Origin: Labilibaculum sp.
GTDB taxonomy: Bacteria > Bacteroidota > Bacteroidia > Bacteroidales > Marinifilaceae
Direction: 5' to 3'
Assembly: GCA_016760525.1 (NCBI GenBank)
Contig: JAESUW010000020.1
Span: 1,044-65,043, forward strand
DNA length: 64,000 nucleotides
Shown here: positions 48,083 to 59,154 of the stretch, piece after piece
How positions within the stretch are numbered: position 1 is the first letter of the stretch
Layout: each line of letters starts with the position of its first letter
The notes under the pieces: generated by a model
The model's database searches: none
Seen by the model: the letters and a program-made list of their open reading frames with translations, nothing else
What the model was told of the DNA's origin: nothing
Made by a program: the position numbers and the translations under genes

Positions 48083-50458
48083 TTAAAATTTAAATTCATA
48101 AGTTATGCTGGGAACAATTCCAAAAAAAGTCAGTTTTGTAGCTTCTGTAATTCCTGTTGCCATTTCAACATCGTTAACTTCACTAATTTCCTTAAAGTAA
48201 ATTGAAGAAGCATTCTTTCGGTTATAGATGTTTGCTATACTAAAAATCCATTTTCCTTTCGAATTTTTACGGGGTTTAAAGTTTGCAGATAAATCGAGTC
48301 TGTGATAGACCGGCAACCTGTTCCCGTTTCTATTGTTATATTCAGCCACAACCAAACCATTTTGTTCATATTTTGCAATAGGATAGGTAACCGGCCTGCC
48401 CGACCCAAATATAAAATTGAACCCAAAATTCCATTTCTTATTGTGTTGATAGAACCCCACCAGATTTAATTCATGCAACTGGTCGTTGTTTACAGGATAA
48501 TATTTTCCATTGTTTATTCCCTTTATTTTTGATTCCGATTTTGCAAGGGTATAGCTTAGCCATCCTGTTAACCTACCACTGTTTTTGTTTATTTGTAGTT
48601 CCAGCCCGTAAGCGCGCCCTTTTCCTTTTGCAATTTGGGTTTCGATATTTTCGGTTAATAATAAATCTGCGCCTTCAATAAAATCTGTAAGCTCATGCAA
48701 TTTTTTGTAGTATGCCTCTACGTTAAAATCGTAGTTCCTGCTCTCTGTACTTTTAAAAAAGCCTACTGCAACCTGATTGGCATATTGCGGTTCAATGTAA
48801 GGTCCGCTTGGTGCCCATATATCTAACGGAGTAGCAGATGTTGTGTTGGAAATTAGGTGGATGTACTGATACATCCTATTGTAGCTAAACTTCAGAGAAT
48901 TTTTGTTGTTAATCAGGTATCTTAATGAAAACCTTGGTTCCAGCCCGTAAAAAGACTGTATTTTTTTGTCGGAACTGTATTTTTTGGTGCCGCTAATTTC
49001 GTTTTCCTCGTAAATTTCGTTTAGCTCATCGTAAGAGAGTGGCTTACCGCTTTCGTATAGGTTTATTTCCTGTTGACCCATTCTGGTAAATGTTGAATAC
49101 CGTAAACCGTATTGCAAACTAAGTTTATTTGATATTTTTTGTTTAAGGTTAATGTATGCCGAATTTTCCCAGGCATACTTGTTATCAAATTTTTGATAAT
49201 TTATAGATGAACCTTTTATGGGCTTAATTTTGCCGGGCTGAAATTTGTAGCGTACAAGGTCTAAACCAGCTTTAAAAGTGTTATTTTCGTTAATAAACCA
49301 GCTTATTCGGGGTTTTAGGTTGTAGTTGGTAATATTAGATTCCCAGCTATGTTCCGAGCCTGACCTTAGGTTATCAAGGTTATAGTAATAATTGCTGTAA
49401 ATGGCAGATGTTTGTAGGAAGAGTTTTTCGTTCAATATACTGGTCCACCTTAATGTTCCTGATGCATTGCCCCAAAAAGTACCTACAAGGTCTTTAAGTT
49501 CGAATTTATCCCTTCCAAAATATCCCGAAAGAAAAAGGTGATTGTTTTCGTTTAAAGCATAATTGGTTTTAAGATTTATATCATAAAAATACAATTTACT
49601 GTCTTTTAATTCTTCAGAAAGAAAAGAAAATAAATCAACATAAGACCTTCTTGCGGCAAGCATAAAAGAACCTTTACCTTCTTGGTTTTCTTTTTTTAAA
49701 AAAGGCCCTTCTATAAGAATTTTGCTGGCAATTAATCCAATACTGGCTTCTCCGCCAAATTTCTTACTATTTCCCTCTTTTTGTTTTATATCCAGTACCG
49801 ATGATAACCTTCCCCCATATATTGATGGGATTCCCCCTTTTATTAGTTTAAGGTTTTTAATGGCATTATTATTAAAGACCGAGTAGAACCCAAATAAGTG
49901 GGATGCATTGTATATGGTGGCTTCATCGAGTAAAACCAGATTTTGGTCAGCAGAGCCGCCTCTAACGTTAAATCCTGCAGAAGCCTCGGTGGCACTGGAT
50001 ACGCCTGGTAGCAATTGAATAGATTTTAAAATATCGGGTTCACCCAATGTCGGGGGAAGCTTTTTTATGGTTTGGGAATTGAGTGAAACAACGCTCATTT
50101 CTGTTGACCGGACAGATGCATTTTCTCCGGCAGAGTTAATAATAACTTCATCTAACTGTTCATATTGCCTCTGAAGTTCAAAATCCAGTTTAAGGTTTTT
50201 GTTTAAAAGAATTTCTTTTTCCAGATTTTTATACCCAAGATAACTTAAGCATATTTTTTTTTTGCCTCCTGTTAAAACAATAGAATAAAATCCATAATCG
50301 TTGGTTACAGCACCTTCAAAATTACCGGTTAATATATTAACTCCGGGCAATACCTCTCCGGATTCACCATCCCTTACATATCCATTTAAGGTGAACTTTT
50401 GTTGTGCCGATAGCACGAAGGGAAATAAGATCGCTAAAACTACTATTTTCGTTCTCAT
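48083..50458 (-). CDS. TonB-dependent receptor (CarboxypepD_reg-like N-domain, plug, barrel)
   Basis: TNDYGFYSI, LLPGV, FNVRGG.DQNLVLLD, YGGRLSSV and YHRLD motifs; terminal YEFKF. Confidence 0.92.
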   Translation of the reverse strand: MRTKIVVLAILFPFVLSAQQKFTLNGYVRDGESGEVLPGVNILTGNFEGAVTNDYGFYSIVLTGGKKKICLSYLGYKNLEKEILLNKNLKLDFELQRQYEQLDEVIINSAGENASVRSTEMSVVSLNSQTIKKLPPTLGEPDILKSIQLLPGVSSATEASAGFNVRGGSADQNLVLLDEATIYNASHLFGFYSVFNNNAIKNLKLIKGGIPSIYGGRLSSVLDIKQKEGNSKKFGGEASIGLIASKILIEGPFLKKENQEGKGSFMLAARRSYVDLFSFLSEELKDSKLYFYDINLKTNYALNENNHLFLSGYFGRDKFELKDLVGTFWGNASGTLRWTSILNEKLFLQTSAIYSNYYYNLDNLRSGSEHSWESNITNYNLKPRISWFINENNTFKAGLDLVRYKFQPGKIKPIKGSSINYQKFDNKYAWENSAYINLKQKISNKLSLQYGLRYSTFTRMGQQEINLYESGKPLSYDELNEIYEENEISGTKKYSSDKKIQSFYGLEPRFSLRYLINNKNSLKFSYNRMYQYIHLISNTTSATPLDIWAPSGPYIEPQYANQVAVGFFKSTESRNYDFNVEAYYKKLHELTDFIEGADLLLTENIETQIAKGKGRAYGLELQINKNSGRLTGWLSYTLAKSESKIKGINNGKYYPVNNDQLHELNLVGFYQHNKKWNFGFNFIFGSGRPVTYPIAKYEQNGLVVAEYNNRNGNRLPVYHRLDLSANFKPRKNSKGKWIFSIANIYNRKNASSIYFKEISEVNDVEMATGITEATKLTFFGIVPSITYEFKF

Positions 50459-50797
50459 AAAATTTTCGATTATTTAAAATTTTAACTGAACTTACCATGC
50501 TATCCTTCGTTTAGTATATTTTTAATGATGAAACTGGAAAAAATCTGACCAATAGGGAAAAATGAGAGAGGAGGAAATAGGAAAGTATTAAATGAGTGAG
50601 CAAAATTATTTTACCAGCTGAATTGAATATATTTTTTATGTAGACATAATTACTTTCAAGTAATTTGAAATGAGACTCAAGGTCTGAATTATTAATTTAC
50701 AGAGAACCTTTCCAAATAGATATTCTATAGTGGACGCTACAATCGGTATTGTTTTGCAAGGGTGATAATTTAAGGCATAGAAAAAGCCGGATAATAT

Positions 50798-51369
50798 CCA
50801 GTCATGGTCGGGATTTCTTCCGACTATTTTTTTGTTTGTCTTGCAGGCAAACCATTCCAAGCAGTTTGCAAGAAAACTGTGTCGCCCAATTGGAGGGAAG
50901 ACAATACGAAGTCAAGTGCTTTGATGGCAACGTCAAGGTGTGAAGGAAGGCTTAGTCAGTTTGTGGAACGTAGCGCAAGTAAACCGATTTTGGCATGTGT
51001 TTGGGGGGTAAGGTTGCAAAAAGACAGCAAGGTATACCTTTACACAGGCATATCTATAAATAACAAAAAGGGGAATGTTCATTATAAACAGCAATTAGTT
51101 GAGGAGCCTTTTCGTTTGATTGTTGGAAAAAGCAAACAAGACCCTAAGAAAGTATTCTGGTTTGTCACTAATGATTTTGAATTAACAGCAAAGCAAGTGG
51201 CTGATGCCTATAGGAGAAGATGGGATATAGAAGTGTTTTTTCGTTTTATAAAACAAGAATTAAATGTAAGTCATTTAGTTTCATTAAATAAGAATGGAAT
51301 TCAAGTAATCCTAATTTGATGTTCAAAACTTAAAAAAGTCGGAAGATAAAATCTTCCGACCATGACAGG
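50798..51369. mobile_element. Internally deleted IS4-family element with imperfect terminal inverted repeats
   Basis: Left end CCAGTCATGGTCGGGA versus reverse complement of right end CCTGTCATGGTCGGAA (14/16); both followed by a TTCCGACT sub-terminal hairpin arm; contains a transposase fragment. Confidence 0.72.
51014..51319 (+). pseudogene. IS4-family (DDE_Tnp_1) transposase C-terminal fragment
   Basis: FRLI, FVTND...A.Y.RRW.IEVFFRFIKQEL YREK-type motif; N-terminal two-thirds missing and premature end. Confidence 0.82.
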
Positions 51370-51404
51370 CTTTAGAGCCTGCTTTTTATTATTTATATGT
51401 GTTC

Positions 51405-54400
51405 TTACAATTTTTTCTTCACTTCTATTTCTTCGAATGCTTCTACCGTATCGCCAACTTTAATGTCGTTGTATTTCTCAATATTCAAACCACATTCGTA
51501 TCCTTTAGCTACTTCTTTCACATCATCTTTGAAACGTTTCAATGAACCAAGTACTCCTGTGTAAACCACAATACCATCGCGGATTAAGCGGATTTTCGAA
51601 TTACGATTGATTTTTCCATCGCGAACAAGACAACCGGCAATATTACCCACTTTAGTAATATTAAATACCTCAATAATTTCAACTGTAGCAGTAATTTCTT
51701 CCTTAATCTCAGGAGAAAGCATTCCTTCCATTGCCGATTTCAATTCTTCAATTGCATCGTAGATGATCGAGTACAAGCGGATATCGATTTCTTCCTTCTC
51801 AGCAAGTTTTCTTGCTCCAATAGAAGGTCTAACCTGGAATCCAATAATAATTGCGTTAGATGCAGTTGCAAGTAACACATCCGATTCTGAAATCTGACCA
51901 ACAGCCTTGTGAATTACATTCACCTGAATTTCCTCAGTAGCAAGCTTGATTAATGAATCAGAAAGTGCCTCAATAGAACCATCCACATCACCTTTCACAA
52001 TTACATTAAGCTCCTGGAAGTTTCCAATTGCAATACGACGACCAATTTCATCAAGGGTAATGTGTTTCTGAGTACGCAGACCCTGCTCACGTTGTAACTG
52101 CTCACGTTTGTTTGCAATTGTACGTGCTTCTTTCTCACTTTCCATAACGTTGAAGTTGTCACCCGCTTGAGGTGCACCATTCAAACCAAGGATCAAAGCA
52201 GGTTCAGAAGGACCAACCTTGTCAATTTTATTTCCACGCTCATTAAACATTGCTTTTACGTGACCGGTATAACTACCGGCAAGCAAAACATCACCAACTT
52301 TTAAACTTCCGGCGTGTACCAATAATGTAGTAACATAACCTCTGCCTTTATCTAATGATGATTCAATTACTGAACCAATTGCACGTTTATTTGGATTTGC
52401 TTTTAATTCCAGCATTTCTGCTTCTAAAAGAACTTTTTCCAGCAACTCTTCAATGTTAATACCATTTTTAGCTGAAATTTCCTGACATTGGTATTTACCA
52501 CCCCAATCTTCAACTAAATAATTCATGTTTGCCAATTCGCTTTTAATTCTTTCTGGATCAGCGCCTGACTTATCAATCTTATTAATTGCAAATACAATGG
52601 GGACTCCTGCAGCACTTGCGTGATTGATTGCCTCAATTGTTTGTGGCATCACGTTATCATCAGCCGCAATAATAATAATTGCAATATCCGTTACCTGAGC
52701 ACCACGTGCACGCATAGCGGTAAACGCCTCGTGACCCGGAGTATCAAGGAAAGAAACTTTTCTTCCATCATCAAGCTTAACGTTGTAAGCTCCAATGTGC
52801 TGAGTAATTCCCCCAGCTTCACCTGCAATTACATTCGCATGACGAATGTAATCAAGTAGAGATGTTTTACCATGATCAACGTGACCCATTACGGTTACAA
52901 TAGGAGGACGACTTTGTAAATCTCCCTCTTCATCAATTTCTTCTTCAATTGCTTCCTGAAGTTCTACACTTACAAATTCAGCAATAAAGTTAAATTCGTC
53001 AGCAACAATGGCAATGGTTTCTGCATCTAATCGTTGATTGATAGATACGAACAAACCTAATCCCATACAAGTTGCAATAATGTTAGTAACAGGAACATCC
53101 ATCATTGTTGCCAGTTCATTAACTGTAACAAATTCGGTAAGCTTTAGAATATGCTTTTCTGCTTCAAGTTGTTCTGCAATTTTATCTCTCTTTATACTTT
53201 CACTATCTCGCTTATCTCGACGGTGTCTCGAACCTTTCGATTTACCTCCTTTAGAAGTTAATCTGGCTAGTGTGTCTTTAATCTGCTTTTGTACGTCTTC
53301 CTCGCTAACTTCTTTTTTAACGACTCTTTTTTTCTTCAGTTTATTGAACTTAGCAGCACCAGCACCTGTACCTCTAGGTCTGTTTTCAGTAGACCCTGGT
53401 TTTGCAGGTCTTCCCGTACCTTGGTTAGATACATTTACTTTTTCTGTATCTTTTCTAATTCTTTTGCGTTTTTTGCGCTGATTTGCAGATACTTTATCTT
53501 TGTTTCCCGGACTTGGTTTTTTCTCAACAGGAAGTTCAATTTTTCCAATTACTGTAGGGCCGGTTAATTTTTGGGTAGAAGATTTAAAAATTTCTTCTTT
53601 CCTTGAACTTTCCGATACGTGTGGTTTGGAAGCTGGAGTTTTCTGTTTTTCTCTTCTTTCAATTTCTTTTTCAGCCTTGGTTTTTTTGGTAGGGCGTGTT
53701 TTTTGATTTAATGCAGATAAATCAATTTTCCCAACCACTTTAAGCTCGTCTTTTTTCTCCTCTTTAGGAACTTGAGCTTTTTCCTCTTTTTTCGGGGTTT
53801 CCATTTTAACAGTTTGGTCATCTTGTACCGGCTTTTCTGTTGGTTTAGATGATTGTTCAGTTTGTTCTACTTTCGGAGGAGTAACTATTTCAACCACAGG
53901 CGTTGCTTTAACTGCCTCGACCTTAGGCTTTTCCTGTTTAGGTGCTTCAGGCTGAACTGGCTCAATAGTTTTTTCTACCTTATCTTTTTTCGTTTCTGTA
54001 ACGACTTTATGTTTTGGTTCCTGTGGTTTTTTTGCTTTAGGTTTTAACGCGTCTAAATCAATTTTACCAACAATTTTAATAGGTTCTTTCGCAACAACTT
54101 CTACTTTTTCTTCTATTTTATCAACAGCTTTTTCGTTGTTGCTATTTTCAGGTTCTGAATCATCAGAAATATTTTGAATGGAAACAGTTTCCTTCTTTTC
54201 CCGGGTATTTTTAAGATTTACCTTTTCAGATTCCTTTTTCAGATTCAAGTCAGAGCTATACTCTTTGGCAAGGATATTATAGGCATCTTCTGAAACTTTG
54301 GTATTTGGATTGGAATCGATCGGAATGCCTTTTTTGTTCAGAAACTCAACAATAGTTGAAGTACCAACATTAAGTTCTCTTGCTAATTTACTAAGTCTTA

Positions 54401-54422
54401 TATTTTTATTGACTTTCACCAT
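51405..54422 (-). CDS. infB: Translation initiation factor IF-2
   Basis: [32 protein letters not shown] and SLKRFKDDV motifs. Confidence 0.98.
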   Translation of the reverse strand: MVKVNKNIRLSKLARELNVGTSTIVEFLNKKGIPIDSNPNTKVSEDAYNILAKEYSSDLNLKKESEKVNLKNTREKKETVSIQNISDDSEPENSNNEKAVDKIEEKVEVVAKEPIKIVGKIDLDALKPKAKKPQEPKHKVVTETKKDKVEKTIEPVQPEAPKQEKPKVEAVKATPVVEIVTPPKVEQTEQSSKPTEKPVQDDQTVKMETPKKEEKAQVPKEEKKDELKVVGKIDLSALNQKTRPTKKTKAEKEIERREKQKTPASKPHVSESSRKEEIFKSSTQKLTGPTVIGKIELPVEKKPSPGNKDKVSANQRKKRKRIRKDTEKVNVSNQGTGRPAKPGSTENRPRGTGAGAAKFNKLKKKRVVKKEVSEEDVQKQIKDTLARLTSKGGKSKGSRHRRDKRDSESIKRDKIAEQLEAEKHILKLTEFVTVNELATMMDVPVTNIIATCMGLGLFVSINQRLDAETIAIVADEFNFIAEFVSVELQEAIEEEIDEEGDLQSRPPIVTVMGHVDHGKTSLLDYIRHANVIAGEAGGITQHIGAYNVKLDDGRKVSFLDTPGHEAFTAMRARGAQVTDIAIIIIAADDNVMPQTIEAINHASAAGVPIVFAINKIDKSGADPERIKSELANMNYLVEDWGGKYQCQEISAKNGINIEELLEKVLLEAEMLELKANPNKRAIGSVIESSLDKGRGYVTTLLVHAGSLKVGDVLLAGSYTGHVKAMFNERGNKIDKVGPSEPALILGLNGAPQAGDNFNVMESEKEARTIANKREQLQREQGLRTQKHITLDEIGRRIAIGNFQELNVIVKGDVDGSIEALSDSLIKLATEEIQVNVIHKAVGQISESDVLLATASNAIIIGFQVRPSIGARKLAEKEEIDIRLYSIIYDAIEELKSAMEGMLSPEIKEEITATVEIIEVFNITKVGNIAGCLVRDGKINRNSKIRLIRDGIVVYTGVLGSLKRFKDDVKEVAKGYECGLNIEKYNDIKVGDTVEAFEEIEVKKKL

Positions 54423-54484
54423 ATTTAAAAGTTAACTGTTAAAATGTCCCGTTTCAAAAAATTTACATCATGATTCTGAAGAAT

Positions 54485-55720
54485 TTAATTATCGAACTCG
54501 GATTTAAAAATACTCAATATCTCATTAATAGTCTCGATCTCAAGATCAGTTCTTTTTTCTAACTCCTCAGGAGATAAATCAAGAACGCTTCTCGCCGTAT
54601 CACAACCAATTTTTTTCAACTCATCAATTATCCATGCTTCAATTTCATCAGCAAATTCCGATAAGTTTACATCTTCCTCTCCCTCATTCTCAGATTTCTC
54701 ACGATATACATCAATTTCATATCCTGATAACTGACTAGCCAGTCTAATGTTTAATCCACCTTTACCAATTGCTAAAGAAACCTCCTCAGGATTTAGATAA
54801 ACATCAGCACGTTTTGTCTCTTCGTTAAGTTTCACTGAAGAAACTTTTGCAGGATTAAGTGCTCTGGTAATAAATAGCTGTGTGTTAGTAGTATAGTTGA
54901 TTACATCGATGTTTTCGTTACGTAATTCACGTACAATACCATGTATTCTCGATCCTTTCATACCAACACATGCTCCAACAGGATCAATTCTTTCATCGTA
55001 TGATTCAACTGCTACCTTAGCTCTTTCACCAGGAATTCGAACAATTTTTTTGATTGTAATTAATCCATCAAAAATTTCCGGTACTTCCAGTTCAAACAAT
55101 CTTTCAAGGAAAACAGAAGAAGTTCTTGAAACCACAATAAGCGGACTGTTATTTTTCACCTCAACACGAAGTACAACCGCTCTAACCGTTTCTCCTTTAC
55201 GGAAATAATCAGAAGGGATTTGTTCTGTTTTTGGTAGAATTAATTCATTCTCTTCATCATCTAGAATAAGAATTTCTTTTTTCCATATTTGATAAACTTC
55301 ACCAGTAACAATTTCACCAACCCGATCTTTGTACAAGTTGAAAATATTGTCTTTCTCTAATTCTAAAATTCTTGCCGATAGATTCTGACGTAAGGTAAGA
55401 ATCGAGCGTCGACCGAAATCCAGAAACTTTACTTCATCGGTTACTTCTTCACCAACTTCGTAATCGTCATCTATCTTTTTCGCTTCGGAAAGTGAAATCT
55501 GTAAGTTTTCATCTTCTACCTGTCCATCGGCTACAATTTCTCTATTTCTCCAGATCTCCAAGTCACCTTTGTCTGGATTAATAATGATATCATAGTTTTC
55601 GTCAGTACCATAATTTTTCAATAAAAGATTTCTGAAAACATCTTCTAACACGCTCATCATAGTAGCGCGATCGATGCTTTTCAATTCCTTAAATTCTGAA
55701 AAAGTGTCAATAAGGTTCAT
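54485..55720 (-). CDS. nusA: Transcription termination/antitermination factor NusA
   Basis: LFELEVPEI, RIPGERAK, DPVGACVG and AIGKGG motifs. Confidence 0.97.
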   Translation of the reverse strand: MNLIDTFSEFKELKSIDRATMMSVLEDVFRNLLLKNYGTDENYDIIINPDKGDLEIWRNREIVADGQVEDENLQISLSEAKKIDDDYEVGEEVTDEVKFLDFGRRSILTLRQNLSARILELEKDNIFNLYKDRVGEIVTGEVYQIWKKEILILDDEENELILPKTEQIPSDYFRKGETVRAVVLRVEVKNNSPLIVVSRTSSVFLERLFELEVPEIFDGLITIKKIVRIPGERAKVAVESYDERIDPVGACVGMKGSRIHGIVRELRNENIDVINYTTNTQLFITRALNPAKVSSVKLNEETKRADVYLNPEEVSLAIGKGGLNIRLASQLSGYEIDVYREKSENEGEEDVNLSEFADEIEAWIIDELKKIGCDTARSVLDLSPEELEKRTDLEIETINEILSIFKSEFDN

Positions 55721-55740
55721 GTTATTCAGCTATTTACTTG

Positions 55741-56205
55741 TTAAAAAGTAATAATGTCTTTTGTTGATTTAATTTGGTCTAAAGTGAAAGAATAAGCTTT
55801 TGTAACAAGCTGCTTTTTCTTTTTTCCTTCAATCTTTACCATTTCCTCAACTTCAATTTCTATTTCATTTTCACCTACGGTGATCAGTTTTCCTAAATGT
55901 TTGATCCCTTCAGTTGTTAATACCTCAACATCTTTATCGATGTATTTGTGGTATTGTTTAAAAACCTGAAAAGGTTGACCGATTCCCGCCGAAGCAACTT
56001 GTAATTCAAAGTCCTCAAGTTCACGATCAAAATGTCCTTCAATAGCTTTGCTTAGCTCGATACAAGTAATGATCGGCACACCTTCAAAGCTATCAATTAC
56101 AACTGAAATTGCATTTCCAGATGAAACACTCACCTCAACCAGGAACAGGTCAGAATCAGCAATTTCATTTTCAATAATTCCAATTATAGTTTTCTTATCA
56201 ATCAT
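55741..56205 (-). CDS. rimP: Ribosome maturation factor RimP
   Basis: FLVEV, C..LS..IE, LQVASAGIGQP; rimP-nusA-infB synteny. Start moved to ATG 56205. Confidence 0.92.
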   Translation of the reverse strand: MIDKKTIIGIIENEIADSDLFLVEVSVSSGNAISVVIDSFEGVPIITCIELSKAIEGHFDRELEDFELQVASAGIGQPFQVFKQYHKYIDKDVEVLTTEGIKHLGKLITVGENEIEIEVEEMVKIEGKKKKQLVTKAYSFTLDQIKSTKDIITF

Positions 56206-56228
56206 ATATCGGTTAATATCAATAAAAT

Positions 56229-56248
56229 AGGGGACTTTTTGTCCCCTC
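56229..56248 (-). promoter_or_regulatory. rimP leader hairpin
   Basis: AGGGGAC-AAAAA-GTCCCCT stem-loop about 24 nt upstream of the rimP ATG. Confidence 0.6.
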
Positions 56249-56565
56249 AAGTTCACGATTTGCTTACTTTTCGATGCGAAATTAGAGATAAATGTTCTAA
56301 AAAACAAATGACACCTCTCTAAATTATTGTATTCTAATTGCTAAAGAGAAATAGTTTTCTTGAAATGAGATAAATTTTTGTTTAAATTTGAACTTGTCTA
56401 TTGTTCAATTGGGTGATTTTTATGTGTTTAGACAAATTTACTTTATCACAAGAAATATTTATTAATCAATAAGCAAACTTTAATTTGGGGTTTTAACACC
56501 ACTAAGATAGGCTTTTTTCACTACTTTTAATACATTAAAATTACAATGCAACGATACATAGATGT

Positions 56566-57834
56566 ATGGCTTTAAATAATAGAGGTAAGAATAAAATAGT
56601 AAATGATCCGGTTCATGGGTTTATTCATATACCATCTGGTATACCGTACGATTTGGTTGAACATTCTTTTTTTCAGAGGTTAAGACGAATAAAGCAATTA
56701 GGGCTTACTTATCTGGTGTTTCCCGGAGCCTTTCATAATAGATTTCAGCATGCATTGGGAGCAACTCATCTAATGAGTCTTGCAATTGAAACTATACGAT
56801 CGAAAGGACATGTAATTACCAAAGAGGAAGAAGAGGGGGTATACACGGCAATATTGCTGCATGATATCGGACATGGACCTTTTTCTCATGCGTTGGAATA
56901 TAGTATTGTAGATGGTATAACTCACGAACGGATTTCTGAACTGTTTATGATGCGCTTAAATCAGCAATTTGAAGGTGAACTTAGTATCGCTATAAAAATA
57001 TTTCGAAATAAATATCCAAAAAGGTTTTTAAATCAGTTGGTGTCTAGTCAGTTGGATATGGACAGGCTGGATTATTTGAGGCGGGATAGTTTCTTTTCCG
57101 GGGTTACGGAAGGGGCTGTTGGATCGGCTCGCATCATAAAAATGCTGGATGTAGTAGATGATCATTTGGTGGTTGAGGCAAAAGGGATCTATTCAATCGA
57201 GAAATTTTTGATAGCCCGACGCCTAATGTATTGGCAAGTTTATTTGCACAAGACAGTTATTGCTGCAGAGGAGATGTTGGTTCATATTTTGAAGAGAGCA
57301 AAATATCTGGCCGAAAGAGGTGATGAACTGTTTGCTACACCATCTTTATCTTATTTTTTATATAACCGAGTGGGTGAATTGGAGTTTGAAAATCCGAATG
57401 CTGTTCTTAATGGTCGAAGCGCATTGGAAATATTTGCTGACTTAGATGATGATGATATAATGGTGAGCCTTAAAGTGTGGTCAAATCATAAGGATAAAGT
57501 TCTTTCATATTTGTGTAAATGCATTCGGGATCGTCAATTATTTAAAATTGAGATTCAAAAAACAGCCTTTTCTGAAGAATATATTGATCAAGTGAAAAAA
57601 AGAGTGAAAAATTATTTTGCTTGTTCAAATCACGCTCTTGACTTCTTGGTAATTTCCAATTCTATTAGCAATAATGCATATAGCTCTAATGATGACAGTA
57701 TAAATATCCTTTACAAGGATGGAACACGGTGCGATATTGGTGAGGCTTCAGATATGTTGGATGCTTCTGTCTTATCTAAAACAGTAAAGAAATATTATTT
57801 GTGTTATCCTAAAATTCAAGAGTTATTTGAGTGA
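56566..57834 (+). CDS. HD-domain phosphohydrolase (dNTP triphosphohydrolase-like)
   Basis: DPVHG, FQRLRRIKQLG, HNRFQH, LLHDIGHGPFSH, DMDRLDYL.RD and MYWQVYLHKT motifs. Confidence 0.9.
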   Translation: MALNNRGKNKIVNDPVHGFIHIPSGIPYDLVEHSFFQRLRRIKQLGLTYLVFPGAFHNRFQHALGATHLMSLAIETIRSKGHVITKEEEEGVYTAILLHDIGHGPFSHALEYSIVDGITHERISELFMMRLNQQFEGELSIAIKIFRNKYPKRFLNQLVSSQLDMDRLDYLRRDSFFSGVTEGAVGSARIIKMLDVVDDHLVVEAKGIYSIEKFLIARRLMYWQVYLHKTVIAAEEMLVHILKRAKYLAERGDELFATPSLSYFLYNRVGELEFENPNAVLNGRSALEIFADLDDDDIMVSLKVWSNHKDKVLSYLCKCIRDRQLFKIEIQKTAFSEEYIDQVKKRVKNYFACSNHALDFLVISNSISNNAYSSNDDSINILYKDGTRCDIGEASDMLDASVLSKTVKKYYLCYPKIQELFE

Positions 57835-58059
57835 AATTCTGCTCATTGCCAGATGATTTAATCTTTGTTTTACACACTGGTTTTTCTGTTGATATAAGAG
57901 TCAATTGGAGAAAAAATTTTATGTGCATGAAATAATTATTAGATTTGCAGAAATTTTTTTCTTATAAATCAGCTATATTTGATGATTTGTATGCGGTATT
58001 TATGTTGTAAATACTGTGTGAATAAAATCATTTAATTGATCTGATAAAAAATAGAACGA

Positions 58060-59097
58060 ATGGAATTTACAGCAGAAGATATTGCAGAGTTTCTTAACGG
58101 AGAAGTTGATGGGAATGCTAAGGTTAAGGTAACTAATGTTTCCAGAATTGAAGAAGGGAAGCCTGGAACTCTTTCATTTTTAGCAAACCCCAAATATGAA
58201 CACTATATCTATTCTACACAGTCATCAATTGTTCTGGTAAATAAGGACTTTAAGCTTGAGAAAGAGATTGAAACGACACTTGTTCGTGTTGATGATGCCT
58301 ATCAGGCCTTAGCGCAATTGCTGGAGATGTATGAGCAAAGCAAACCACAGAAAACGGGAATTGAAGAGCCTTCTTTTGTGAGTAAGTCCTCTAAGTTGGG
58401 TGAGAAAATTTACATTGGTGCTTTCGCTTATATTGGGAGTAATGTTCAGATTGGAAATAACGTAAAAATCTATCCTAATTCATATGTTGGAGATAATGTA
58501 GTTATTGGCGATAACACGATTTTGAACTCAGGAGTTAAGATTTACGAAGGATGTAAGATTGGGGCTGAATGTATTTTTCACTCTGGAGTTGTAATTGGAG
58601 GTGATGGATTTGGTTTTGCGCCTTCATCAGCTAACAATTATAAAAAAGTACCACAAGTAGGCAATGTAGTAATTGAAGACCATGTTGAGATTGGTGCGAA
58701 TACTTGTGTTGATCGTGCTACTATGGGATCTACTATTATCCGTAAAGGAGTTAAGTTGGATAATTTAATTCAGGTGGCTCATAATGTAGAGATAGATGAA
58801 AATACAGTGATTGCTTCGCAAACCGGTATTGCAGGAAGTACCAAAATTGGTAAGAATTGTATGATTGGCGGGCAAGTTGGTTTTGCCGGACATCTTACCA
58901 TTACAGATGAAGTAAAAGTAGCAGCGCAATCTGGTCTTGGAAAAAACATCAAAAAAGTAGGTACGGTTGTTCAGGGATCACCTGCATTTGATTTTGGACC
59001 TTATCAAAAATCGTATGTTCTATTTAGGAATTTGCCTAAAATGAGAGAACAAATTATTGAATTGGAAAAGGAAGTAAAAGCATTAAAGAAAGAATAA
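58060..59097 (+). CDS. lpxD: UDP-3-O-acylglucosamine N-acyltransferase
   Basis: FLANPKY, hexapeptide repeats, DGFGFAP, VDRAT and KLDNLIQVAHNV motifs. Confidence 0.96.
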   Translation: MEFTAEDIAEFLNGEVDGNAKVKVTNVSRIEEGKPGTLSFLANPKYEHYIYSTQSSIVLVNKDFKLEKEIETTLVRVDDAYQALAQLLEMYEQSKPQKTGIEEPSFVSKSSKLGEKIYIGAFAYIGSNVQIGNNVKIYPNSYVGDNVVIGDNTILNSGVKIYEGCKIGAECIFHSGVVIGGDGFGFAPSSANNYKKVPQVGNVVIEDHVEIGANTCVDRATMGSTIIRKGVKLDNLIQVAHNVEIDENTVIASQTGIAGSTKIGKNCMIGGQVGFAGHLTITDEVKVAAQSGLGKNIKKVGTVVQGSPAFDFGPYQKSYVLFRNLPKMREQIIELEKEVKALKKE

Positions 59098-59154
59098 AAG
59101 AAAGTTTTTCTTTCAATTATTGAATCTGGAATTAAAAAATATTGGTGTCAAGTT

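Noticed and set aside
50804-51013. N-terminal part of the 171-aa ORF, plus ORFs 50636-50860 and 50749-50943
   Set aside because: They run through the IS terminal repeat and non-coding DNA; only the part from about 51014 resembles a transposase.
53100-54300. Lys/Glu/Pro-rich low-complexity stretch
   Set aside because: Normal variable N-terminal region of IF-2.
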